A stretch of DNA of 64,000 nt from Patescibacteria group bacterium (GTDB lineage: Bacteria > Patescibacteriota > Patescibacteriia > Patescibacteriales > UBA12465): positions 29,890 to 93,889 of the forward strand of contig JBAYKT010000001.1 in the NCBI GenBank assembly GCA_041664445.1. The letters run 5' to 3'. Below are positions 28,962 to 38,210 of the stretch, piece after piece. A model generated the notes under the pieces. It was given only the letters and a program-made list of their open reading frames with translations, made no database searches and was not told where the DNA came from. The translations under genes were made by a program, and so were the position numbers. Each line of letters opens with the position of its first letter. Position 1 is the first letter of the stretch.

Positions 28962-30935
28962 TTAAATGATGGCGCGAACATCGCCGGCCAGTGCGCCTTC
29001 AGCTCTTAAAAATAAGGGATTGATATCAAATTCTTTAATCTCCGGATGCTCATTAGCTAATTTAGATAAGGCCACCAAAATATTAGCCAGTTGTTTAATA
29101 TTATATTTCTTGCCGCCGCGTGCACCGAGCAAAATCGGATAAAACGGCAAGCTCTTAATAAACTCCAGGGCTCGCGCTGTATTTAAATCGGCAATTACCA
29201 TGCGGAACTCCTTAAAAATTTCCGCGTAAATACCACCGATACCCACTAAAATCAAGGGGCCGAAAGAAGCGTCGCGCTTGAAGCCTAAAATTATTTCTAA
29301 ACTGCTTTTAATCTGCGGCTGAACCACTAAATAATTTTCTTGATTAGCAAAAACTTTTTTATTATTTTTTAAATAATTAAGTGCCGCTTTATCTAAAGCC
29401 TGGCGGTTTTCCAAATTTAACATAATCGCGCCTTTGTCGCTCTTATGCAAAAAATCCGGACCGACTGCTTTTAAAACTGCCGGGTAAGAAACTGGAACCG
29501 CGCCGGAATATTTCAAAGTTTTAACGGTCGGAAATTTATATTTATTCAATAAATTAAACAAATAAAGATAATCGGATTTAGCTCTGCCGGCCGGAAACTC
29601 AGTTTTACGAAATGGTGTTAATGATTTAATGACGGCTTGTCTATCTGTTAATTTTTTAATAGCCCGGATAGCTCTTTCCGGATAATTAAAGGCGGGCACA
29701 TTATTTTCCAACAAAAAATCTTTAGCCTTAGAGACTGCCACTTCCCCCAAAAAACTAGCAACTACTAAACGCTTGGCATATTTCTGATCGACTTTGATAA
29801 TTGATTTAGCGGTCAACATTGGCTCAGTCGCCGTTTGTGGCGTCAGTAACACTAAAACATTATCGCCGCTAGAACTGCGCAATATTTTGTCCAAAGCTTG
29901 TTCGTATTTAAGCGCACTGGCATCACCTAAAATATCCAAACTATCTTTTAAGTTTAATTTTTGCCGCGAAATTTCATCGGCAGATAAAACAGCGATGCCA
30001 CCGGCATTCGTTAAAATATGCAAATCGCCATTTACCTTGCCAAAAGCGCCTCGAGCTTGAAAAACTAATAATAAATCAAACAACTCTTCTAGGCTTTCAA
30101 TCATAATGGCGCCCGCACGCTCAAGCCCCGCCTTAATAGCTGCTGCGCCTCCAGCCATAGCGCCGGTATGCGACTTAGCCATTTGACCGCCGCGCTCGCT
30201 CATTCCCGACTTTAAAACGACAATCGGCTTTTTAGGAGAAATTTTAGAAACCAAAGACATAAATTTTTGACCATCTTTAATGTCTTCTAAATAGAAAAAA
30301 ATCGCACTCGTTTTTTTATCAGCCGCCAAATACTCCAAAAAATCATTTTCATCCAGTGCCGCCTTATTTCCTAAACTGATAAAATATCCCAAATTAAAAC
30401 TTTTATTTCGAAGCCAATCCAAAACTGCGCTGCCAATTGCTCCTGATTGCGACAAGAAGGCAATCTGCCCGCCACCGGTACCACTATCGGCAAAGCTGGC
30501 ATTTAAGCGATTGTTATTATTAATAAATCCTAAACAATTAGGACCTAAAATATTTAATTTATGATGGCGCGCCAATTTTGTTAGTTCCGCCTCCCGTTCA
30601 ATTCCTTCCGCCCCCGATTCTTTAAAGCCGGCGCTGATAACAATAATATTTTTTATGCCCAAACGTGCGCATTTCTCAATTTCTGCCAAAACAAAGGGAG
30701 ACGGGATGACAATGACTGCTAAAATAGCCGACTTATTCTTAGCCGGAATCATTTCTAGACCGGCGAAAGCCGGACGTCCAGCTACGATTTTATTTTCACG
30801 ATTAATCGGATAAATCTTGCCAGCATAACCATTTTTGATAATGCTATCTAAAACTTGGCGGCCAACTTTATGCTTGTCCGAAGAAGCGCCGACAACCGCT
30901 ACTCCCGAGGGATTGAAGAAATTTTTTAAATCCAT
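28962..30935 (-). CDS. ADP-forming acetyl-CoA synthetase (acetate--CoA ligase, fused alpha/beta)
   Basis: CoA-binding N-terminus (VAVVGASSDKHKVG), the phosphohistidine loop MAKSHTGAMAG and a C-terminal ATP-grasp domain; 657 aa. Confidence 0.88.
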   Translation of the reverse strand: MDLKNFFNPSGVAVVGASSDKHKVGRQVLDSIIKNGYAGKIYPINRENKIVAGRPAFAGLEMIPAKNKSAILAVIVIPSPFVLAEIEKCARLGIKNIIVISAGFKESGAEGIEREAELTKLARHHKLNILGPNCLGFINNNNRLNASFADSGTGGGQIAFLSQSGAIGSAVLDWLRNKSFNLGYFISLGNKAALDENDFLEYLAADKKTSAIFFYLEDIKDGQKFMSLVSKISPKKPIVVLKSGMSERGGQMAKSHTGAMAGGAAAIKAGLERAGAIMIESLEELFDLLLVFQARGAFGKVNGDLHILTNAGGIAVLSADEISRQKLNLKDSLDILGDASALKYEQALDKILRSSSGDNVLVLLTPQTATEPMLTAKSIIKVDQKYAKRLVVASFLGEVAVSKAKDFLLENNVPAFNYPERAIRAIKKLTDRQAVIKSLTPFRKTEFPAGRAKSDYLYLFNLLNKYKFPTVKTLKYSGAVPVSYPAVLKAVGPDFLHKSDKGAIMLNLENRQALDKAALNYLKNNKKVFANQENYLVVQPQIKSSLEIILGFKRDASFGPLILVGIGGIYAEIFKEFRMVIADLNTARALEFIKSLPFYPILLGARGGKKYNIKQLANILVALSKLANEHPEIKEFDINPLFLRAEGALAGDVRAII

Positions 30936-30939
30936 ATTT

Positions 30940-31119
30940 TTATTTTTTGATTAATAAATAGATTCCGGAAATAAGCGTTCCCAAGAACAAATAATTAAGA
31001 TTAAAATAAGCCAAAACAATATTGGGCAAAATAACTTCTAAAAAAATTAAAATTAAGTACAACAAAAATAAAAAGTAAAAAATTTCCCGCACTATTATTT
31101 TATCGCTCAATTTTTCCAT
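30940..31119 (-). CDS. Possible 59-aa two-helix membrane protein
   Basis: Just under the track threshold. Hand translation gives MEKLSDKIIVREIFYFLFLLYLILIFLEVILPNIVLAYFNLNYLFLGTLISGIYLLIKK. It fits tightly between 31127..32617 and the acetyl-CoA synthetase gene. Confidence 0.45.
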   Translation of the reverse strand: MEKLSDKIIVREIFYFLFLLYLILIFLEVILPNIVLAYFNLNYLFLGTLISGIYLLIKK

Positions 31120-31126
31120 ATTAACT

Positions 31127-32617
31127 TTATTTTCCTCGGCCTAATAGCTTTTGCCAAATAGTCCGTCCGGAAAATTCCATTTTTATTTCACTAATCTCCA
31201 AATAATCATCAACTTGGTCATCATTTTTAAGGCCGGGGATAGAAATCATAAAATTATATTTCCCCTTTTCTCGGTAAACACCGACTAAGTTAAACTCCGC
31301 TGAAGCGCTAGTTTCGCCATCATGAACGCTCGGCTCTTGATAATCGCTCAGTATATATTTAACTCCCGCGCCTAATTTAAAAAACTGATTAACCTTAAGC
31401 AATGAAGGATTAAAAACCATATTTTTATTGAACGAAAAAACCCCGCCACTTTCTAGAATAACATCGTCTTTACTTAATCTAATTTCCTTAATCAAAGAAT
31501 TACCGTCAACTTGAAAATTAAATTGCTTATAGGGCTCATCAAGAGAAAAAGTTTGGCCACCAAAATTAATATCTTGAACGCTGGCAGGTGCGAACGCCTT
31601 GGCTTGGAGATAGTTAGAGTCGGTATAAATATTTAATGATCTAGCAACTGAAACTGGCCAAACCCTCCCCACAAAAACGAAGCGGTCCAATGAACTTTGG
31701 AGACTCTTAATAACCGTATCATCGCTAATCTTAATTTCCACTTTGTACAGACCGGGGCTCAAGGTTCTTTCTTCCAAAATTAATGACTTGTATTCCTCTT
31801 GGCCGCTGGCAGGATTTAAATTTTCATCGGCTAAATCCGCCTGTTGGATAACTTTCCCGTCTTTAGACAAGATAATCGCCAGTGGATCGGCCGCTTTATC
31901 CTGATTTAAATCAACGAACTTTAATTCCAGGCGTAAGGGTTCATTATTTACATAAAAAAATAAAGTATGCGCCCCCCGCAAAGGAATATCGACAAGCGTC
32001 GGTAATGAATCTTTCAAGCCCTTAAACTGAAAATTAAAATCCGGATTATAATTATAAACCGCCAGGCAAGAAGCCGTGCTACCAGGGCAAGCTTCTAAAT
32101 TATTGGTTTTTAAATCAGCAAAAAAGTCTTCTAAGTTATTATAATCATTCCCTTCTTGCCACAGCGTTAAGCCTTGTTCTTCCAGGCGCCGGCCAGGAAG
32201 CTTTAAATCGTCTAAGATTTTATTATCCAAGGGTTGTAAGTCATAACGCCAAACAAGGCCATCAGCCAAAACACCGGCTTCTATCAAAGGAGTACTCGAG
32301 CTCAAGTGCGATTTATATTTAACAGTCAATTTAACTTTAGAAAAGGTCCGGGGTGTAAATACGGAAAAATAAACCGGGTCACCAATAAGGCGCGATAAGC
32401 GCCCGCTTTTAATATCGACTCTTTCCGCCGGGCTAAAATTATAGATAAATCCCTTACCAGAATGCAGCCACTGGGAATAATTCTTAGTATAACTAATCTG
32501 CCCGCCAGGAACTACTTTAAAAAACAAAATAGCCAAAACAATCAGAAAAATAATGACAATTCCTGACGCGCGCAACCTGAATAAGGCGGATTTTTTAGTA
32601 ATAAACGGTAAAAACAT
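31127..32617 (-). CDS. Hypothetical membrane-anchored extracytoplasmic protein
   Basis: 496 aa with the N-terminal TM GIVIIFLIVLAILFF and a beta-rich remainder with no motif I recognise. First gene of the minus-strand envelope/glycosylation operon. Confidence 0.75.
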   Translation of the reverse strand: MFLPFITKKSALFRLRASGIVIIFLIVLAILFFKVVPGGQISYTKNYSQWLHSGKGFIYNFSPAERVDIKSGRLSRLIGDPVYFSVFTPRTFSKVKLTVKYKSHLSSSTPLIEAGVLADGLVWRYDLQPLDNKILDDLKLPGRRLEEQGLTLWQEGNDYNNLEDFFADLKTNNLEACPGSTASCLAVYNYNPDFNFQFKGLKDSLPTLVDIPLRGAHTLFFYVNNEPLRLELKFVDLNQDKAADPLAIILSKDGKVIQQADLADENLNPASGQEEYKSLILEERTLSPGLYKVEIKISDDTVIKSLQSSLDRFVFVGRVWPVSVARSLNIYTDSNYLQAKAFAPASVQDINFGGQTFSLDEPYKQFNFQVDGNSLIKEIRLSKDDVILESGGVFSFNKNMVFNPSLLKVNQFFKLGAGVKYILSDYQEPSVHDGETSASAEFNLVGVYREKGKYNFMISIPGLKNDDQVDDYLEISEIKMEFSGRTIWQKLLGRGK

Positions 32618-32676
32618 ATACCTCTATTTTACGTTATTTGCCCCAAAAAAACAATTAAGACAAGGGGGGTATTTTT

Positions 32677-32685
32677 TGCTATAAT
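32677..32685 (+). promoter_or_regulatory. Extended -10 promoter TGCTATAAT placed 6 nt before the ATG (leaderless mRNA candidate)
   Basis: TGCTATAAT at 32677..32685, a 6-nt spacer attaat, then ATG at 32692. No Shine-Dalgarno sequence is possible in that space. Confidence 0.5.
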
Positions 32686-32691
32686 ATTAAT

Positions 32692-34182
32692 ATGAAAAAT
32701 CAAAAATCTCTGAAAAATCAAATAAAATCCCCGGCTCAAAGTTTTATTAATGATTTGCGAGGCGAAAAACCGGCTCCGGCAATCTCCGGATATTCTCTTT
32801 TTATTTTTGGTTCAGGCTATAACACTGCCAAATATTTCCAAGACGTCTTTAAGACGGAAGCTAATTACAGTCTTATCAATTTCCGCCATAATGGGCAGAC
32901 AAAACTATTTTTGGCCGAAGGTGCCTGGAAACAATATAATCGTGAAGTTTTTGCTAATTATCTGAAAAACACAAAATATGTAAAAATGGTGGAAAAAAAA
33001 TTCTATAGCCATTTTCCAAAAATAAATCAGTTATTTGAAAAATATAGTTATCAATTTATAGAAAAAAGCGACAACCGGCAACTGCTTAAAGTTGTTGAAG
33101 AAACCTTTGATTTATTTTGGGAAAGTAACGCTTGGTCACATTTCTCCATCTATTTTGATATTGAGACCTGTTTTTCCTTAGTCAAAGAGGCACACCCAGA
33201 AACAAAATACGAAGAAATAAAAAAAATCTGGCATCAGGCGACCGCTCTTAGCGCCGAATCCTTTGATAAAGAACAGAAGCGAGATATCCTAAAAAAGATC
33301 GCTGCCAATCAAGCCAATAAGCTCGTTGAAGACTGCCAATACTTCTGGACTTCTTATAAAAATGTGCTCCCGCTTAACGAAATCGAGGAAAAAATAAAGG
33401 ACACTTACGGAAAATTTTTGAATAATCCTAAAATGGCACGGGCTGAATTAAAGCGAATGGATAAGGAGCTATCCGAAAAGAAGAAAAAGTTTTCTCTTTG
33501 GCGACGAAAATTAACACCGATACAGAAAAAGATAGTTGATTTCTGCCAAACTATCATGGAAATCCGCGATAAGCGCAAAAACCATTTTGCCAAAGGAATC
33601 ACCGTCACTTGGCGGGTAGCGGAAAAAATATTTTCTGAAGCTGGAGTCGAAAAAGATTTGATAGAGAACGTCCTCGTATTTGAGGAATTGCTAAAGGGAG
33701 CTAACTTCATTAAAACTATCAAGGCTGATTTGAAAAAGAGAGAAAAAGGTTATATTGTGTATGTTCCCTACCGCGGTGCCAAAAAAGTATTCTACCGCAA
33801 AGTGAAGAAAAATTATGACCTAATCAATAATTATTTCCTGGCGGGCGGAGACAAAAATGACAAGGAAATAAAAGGCCAAACCGGTAATAAAGGAATAATT
33901 TCCGGACGAGCTAGAATTATCTACTCAAGCAAAGATTTTCACCTTTTTAAAAAGGGCGAAATACTGGTTACCGGCATGACTAGGCCGGAATTTGTACCGC
34001 TAATGAGACTGGCCAAGGCCATTATAACCGATGAGGGCGGAATAACCTGCCATGCGGCTATCGTCTCCCGAGAACTCAAGAAGCCCTGTATTATCGGCAC
34101 CAAATTTGCCACCAAAAAAATAAAAGACGGAGATAAATTAGAAGTTAATGCTAATAAAGGAGTGGTGAAAATTTTGAGTTAA
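32692..34182 (+). CDS. Protein with C-terminal PEP-utilising-enzyme mobile (swivel phosphohistidine) domain and an uncharacterised N-terminal ~370 aa
   Basis: The C-terminus has ILVTGMTRPEFVPLMRLAKAIITDEGGITCHAAIVSRELKKPCIIG, matching the GGxTSHAAIVARE signature of PpsA/PPDK/rifampicin-phosphotransferase swivel domains. Confidence 0.8.
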   Translation: MKNQKSLKNQIKSPAQSFINDLRGEKPAPAISGYSLFIFGSGYNTAKYFQDVFKTEANYSLINFRHNGQTKLFLAEGAWKQYNREVFANYLKNTKYVKMVEKKFYSHFPKINQLFEKYSYQFIEKSDNRQLLKVVEETFDLFWESNAWSHFSIYFDIETCFSLVKEAHPETKYEEIKKIWHQATALSAESFDKEQKRDILKKIAANQANKLVEDCQYFWTSYKNVLPLNEIEEKIKDTYGKFLNNPKMARAELKRMDKELSEKKKKFSLWRRKLTPIQKKIVDFCQTIMEIRDKRKNHFAKGITVTWRVAEKIFSEAGVEKDLIENVLVFEELLKGANFIKTIKADLKKREKGYIVYVPYRGAKKVFYRKVKKNYDLINNYFLAGGDKNDKEIKGQTGNKGIISGRARIIYSSKDFHLFKKGEILVTGMTRPEFVPLMRLAKAIITDEGGITCHAAIVSRELKKPCIIGTKFATKKIKDGDKLEVNANKGVVKILS

Positions 34183-34203
34183 ACTAAATTATTGCTAATA
34201 TTA

Positions 34204-34240
34204 CAAAAAAACGCCACGGAATTACCCGTGGTGTTTTTAA
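34204..34240. terminator. Bidirectional intrinsic terminator (32692..34182 gene / rpoC)
   Basis: Stem acgccacgg / ccgtggtgt (34211-34219 / 34226-34234, one G-U pair). It is preceded by an A-run and followed by ttttt. Confidence 0.8.
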
Positions 34241-34263
34241 TTTTCTATTTGTTTACTACTAAT

Positions 34264-37200
34264 CTATTTCTCGTATTCAAAACGTTTTTTCTTGCCCTTA
34301 TAGCCAGTTCCCGCTGGAATTAAGCAACCGATAATAACGTTTTCTTTCAAGCCTTCTAAATAATCGATCTTGCCGTTAACCGCCGCGTCAATCAACACGC
34401 GAGAGGTTTCTTGGAAGGAGGCGGCTGATAAGAAGCTGTCGGTAGTTAGCGATGCCTTGGTAATACCCAGTAATAACATTTCTCCGGTCGCTAATTTTTT
34501 AGCATTCTTATTCGCTTGGTAGAATACTTCATCTTCAACCGTTTCTCCCGGCAATAAATTAGTGTCGCCGGCATCAGTGACGAAGAAACGTGAGAACATT
34601 TGGCGCGCGATAATTTCTACGTGCTTATCATTCAAAGGCTGACCCTGAGAAGAATAAACATATTGAATTTCACGAATAATATATTTTTGGGTTTCAAGCT
34701 GTCCTTTCAACTTATAAAGTTCGCGCAAATCCAAGCTGCCTTCAGTTAGCTGAGTGCCTCTTTCAATTAAATCGCCGTCTTTAACCAACATCATCGTTCC
34801 CTTAAGAATTGAAAATTCTTTTACCTTTTCAACTTCCTTAGAAACGCTGACAAATTTTTCTGTCACCTTGGCTAAACCAGCGGCTTTAGCCTTAACCATT
34901 TCGCCGCCGACGCTGAATAAATCAGTATTCTTGGAAACTTGCTCGTTATCTTTAACAAGCACCTTAACTTCTAATTTTTTCTTATCCTTAGTAGTTAAGC
35001 CGCCAGCCAATTTAAGTTCATTAACTTTTTCTGAAAAATAATATTTATCACTGTCTTCGCCTTTATAGAAAATGCTCAAAATCTTAGCCTGAGGATTATC
35101 AACCAGAATCTCTTTGCCGTCCTGGTCTTTAATTGTTTTCTGAGCAAACTCAACTTTAACACGGCCGGAAACATCGGAAATCAAGGCTTTTTTCTTAGGG
35201 CTACGTGCTTCAAAAATTTCTTCAACCCGAGGCAAGCCCTGAGTGATATCATCTTGACCGGCGACACCTCCAGTATGGAAGGTTCTCATTGTTAACTGTG
35301 TACCTGGTTCACCGATAGACTGAGCGGCAATAACACCGACGGTCGAACCCAATTTTACCGGCTTATTATAAGCCAAGTCCCAACCATAACATTTAGCACA
35401 AATACCTTTGTGCATTTTACAGCTAAGAACGGAACGGATTCTAACTTCCGACGCTTCACTGGTTTTCAAAAGCTTAATATTTTCTTCATCTAACATCTCA
35501 CCAGCTTTCAAAACCGCCTTACCCTTAGTATTCAGGACATCGGTGGCTAAATAACGACCGGTAATTTTCTTAAAGAAATCTTCACCGGTTGCCTCGGCAT
35601 CGGTCTTTTTCATAATAATACCCTCCTCATCGCCACAATCTTCTTCAGCGACAATAATATCTTGAGAAACGTCCACTAAACGACGGGTTAAATAACCGGC
35701 GTTAGCTGTTCTTAAGGCGGTATCGGACAAACCTTTACGTACACCGTGAGTGGAAATAAAATATTCCAAAACACCAAAGCCTTTCTTAAAGTTACCTTTA
35801 ACCGGCAATTCGATAATGGCTCCGGATGGTGAAGTTACCAAACCTTTCATACCTAAAATCTGAACCGGCTGAGCCCAAGAACCACGGGCACCAGAATCAA
35901 TCATGGAATAAACCGGCAATACATTGGTTAAACCTTTTTTACAAATTTCTCCAATTTTATCTTTAGTATTAGTCCATTCTTCAATAACTTTGGCATAACG
36001 TTCACTCTCAGTGAGCAAACCTTCTTCGTATTGTTCCTGAATAACTTCAATCTTCAAATTAGCCTCATCAATCAAACGATCCTTCTCTGGCAAATTAGGC
36101 AAATCGCCAAAGCCCCAAGATAAACCGGACTTAGTAATAAAGGCGAAAGCTCTGTTTTTCAAGCCATCAATAAACTTAACGGTTTCATCTTCGCTATATA
36201 AACGCAAACATTCACGAATCAAATCTTTCAATTTGCTCTTACCGACGACATCATTAATAAAACGTAATTTTTCCGGTAGCAATGAGTTAAAAATCAAACG
36301 GCCAACAGTCGTCTTTAACATTTCCCCGCTATATTTAACGGAAATTGGCGCGTGTAAATCAATAAAATTATTATCGTAAGCCAAATAAGCCTCGTCTTCA
36401 TTATAGAAATAAGGCATCTCTTCCCGTTTCTTATCATTAAAATCTTTACTAATGGAAGTTAAATAATAAGTACCCCAAACAATATCTTGCGCCGGGGCAA
36501 TAATTGGATCGCCGGTGGCTGGTTTTAATAAGTTATGGCTAGCAAGCATTAAATGTTCAGCTTCCCATTTAGCCTCCTTGGTTAACGGAACATGAACGGC
36601 CATTTGGTCACCATCAAAGTCAGCGTTAAACGCGGTACAAACAAGCGGATGAATCTGAATCGCTTTACCTTCAATTAAAATCGGGCGGAAAGCTTGAATG
36701 CCTAAGCGATGCAAAGTCGGTGCGCGATTTAACAAGACGAAAGCACCGCGAACAATTTCCTCCAAAATATCCCAAACTTCATCATGTCCAGCCTCGATAT
36801 AACGAGAAGCGCTGCGCACATTATGAACTATTTCTCTCTTAATCAACTGGGAAATAATAAAGGGCTTGAATAATTCCAAAGCCATAATCTTCGGCAAACC
36901 GCACTGATCAAGATTTAACTTTGGATTAACGACAATAACGGAACGACCAGAATAATCAACGCGCTTACCTAATAAGTTCTGACGGAATCTTCCCTGCTTA
37001 CCCTTTAAGGTGTCAGCTAGAGATTTCAATTGTCTCTTTTGTCCGGTAGAAGCCGTGACTGTTTTAGTATGGCGAGCGGAGTTATCAATTAAAGCATCAA
37101 CCGCTTCCTGCAACATTCTTTTTTCATTGCGGCAAATAACTTCCGGAGCATTCAAATCTAATAATTGTTTTAAGCGATTATTACGATTAATAACGCGGCG

Positions 37201-38184
37201 ATATAAGTCGTTTAAATCAGAAGCGGCAAAGCGGCCACCATCCAACGCAACCATCGGGCGTAAATCAGGCGGAACAACCGGCAAAACAGTCATAATCATC
37301 CACTCCGGACGCAAATCGTTATTTCTAAAACTCTTTAAAAGTTTTAAGCGTTTAACTAATTTTTCTTTCTTGGATTCAATCGCGTCTTGTAATTTTTCTT
37401 CCAAATTAATGATGCTCTTTTCCAAATCAATCTTGCCAAGCAATTCTCTAATCGCTTCAGCACCGATAGAAGCTTCAAAAATATGACCAAATTTTAAACT
37501 CAAACTTTGATATTGATGCTCTGACAAAATTAACAACGGCTTCAATTCCTTAAGTTCTTTTTGGGTAGTCGCAAAATCTTCATCTAAGCGCGCTAATTTT
37601 TCTGTTTTATCCTTGAGCGCATCTTTAACATCGCTTTCGCTACCGCCGGCATCTTTAATTTTTTTAAGTTCGTTATTATATTCATTTTCAAAACCCTTAA
37701 CCTTGCTTTTGTATTCGGCTTTAATTTGGTTAATGGTTACTTCCTTTAAATTTTCATCAACGTCAGTCACAATAAAACTGGCGTAATAAATAACTTTTTC
37801 CAAAGATTGAATGCCTAAATTTAAAAGCAAACCAATCTTAGAGGATAAGCCTCTTAAAAACCAGATATGAGACGCTGGAACTTGCAAAGTAATGTGTCCC
37901 AATCTTTCGCGTCTAACAATGCTTCTGGTCACCTCTACGCCGCACTTATCGCAAACAATTCCTTTGTAGCGAATTTTTTTATATTTGCCGCAAGCGCATT
38001 CCCAGTCCTTAGTCGGACCAAAAATCTTTTCACAGAATAAGCCGTCCTTTTCCGGTTTCTGAGTACGATAGTTGATTGTTTCCGGACGCGTTACTTCTCC
38101 GTGAGACCAAGATAAGATTCCATCCGGACTGGCCAGTTTAAGGCGGATAGCGTCAAAGTCGCTGGTTTTAATTGGATTTAACAT
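34264..38184 (-). CDS. rpoC: DNA-directed RNA polymerase subunit beta'
   Basis: 1,306 aa with Zn-finger CACGKYK...CDKCGVEV, the catalytic NADFDGDQMAVH motif, and bridge helix/trigger loop regions. Confidence 0.97.
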   Translation of the reverse strand: MLNPIKTSDFDAIRLKLASPDGILSWSHGEVTRPETINYRTQKPEKDGLFCEKIFGPTKDWECACGKYKKIRYKGIVCDKCGVEVTRSIVRRERLGHITLQVPASHIWFLRGLSSKIGLLLNLGIQSLEKVIYYASFIVTDVDENLKEVTINQIKAEYKSKVKGFENEYNNELKKIKDAGGSESDVKDALKDKTEKLARLDEDFATTQKELKELKPLLILSEHQYQSLSLKFGHIFEASIGAEAIRELLGKIDLEKSIINLEEKLQDAIESKKEKLVKRLKLLKSFRNNDLRPEWMIMTVLPVVPPDLRPMVALDGGRFAASDLNDLYRRVINRNNRLKQLLDLNAPEVICRNEKRMLQEAVDALIDNSARHTKTVTASTGQKRQLKSLADTLKGKQGRFRQNLLGKRVDYSGRSVIVVNPKLNLDQCGLPKIMALELFKPFIISQLIKREIVHNVRSASRYIEAGHDEVWDILEEIVRGAFVLLNRAPTLHRLGIQAFRPILIEGKAIQIHPLVCTAFNADFDGDQMAVHVPLTKEAKWEAEHLMLASHNLLKPATGDPIIAPAQDIVWGTYYLTSISKDFNDKKREEMPYFYNEDEAYLAYDNNFIDLHAPISVKYSGEMLKTTVGRLIFNSLLPEKLRFINDVVGKSKLKDLIRECLRLYSEDETVKFIDGLKNRAFAFITKSGLSWGFGDLPNLPEKDRLIDEANLKIEVIQEQYEEGLLTESERYAKVIEEWTNTKDKIGEICKKGLTNVLPVYSMIDSGARGSWAQPVQILGMKGLVTSPSGAIIELPVKGNFKKGFGVLEYFISTHGVRKGLSDTALRTANAGYLTRRLVDVSQDIIVAEEDCGDEEGIIMKKTDAEATGEDFFKKITGRYLATDVLNTKGKAVLKAGEMLDEENIKLLKTSEASEVRIRSVLSCKMHKGICAKCYGWDLAYNKPVKLGSTVGVIAAQSIGEPGTQLTMRTFHTGGVAGQDDITQGLPRVEEIFEARSPKKKALISDVSGRVKVEFAQKTIKDQDGKEILVDNPQAKILSIFYKGEDSDKYYFSEKVNELKLAGGLTTKDKKKLEVKVLVKDNEQVSKNTDLFSVGGEMVKAKAAGLAKVTEKFVSVSKEVEKVKEFSILKGTMMLVKDGDLIERGTQLTEGSLDLRELYKLKGQLETQKYIIREIQYVYSSQGQPLNDKHVEIIARQMFSRFFVTDAGDTNLLPGETVEDEVFYQANKNAKKLATGEMLLLGITKASLTTDSFLSAASFQETSRVLIDAAVNGKIDYLEGLKENVIIGCLIPAGTGYKGKKKRFEYEK

Positions 38185-38210
38185 AAATATGTAAATGTTT
38201 ATTTAATTAT

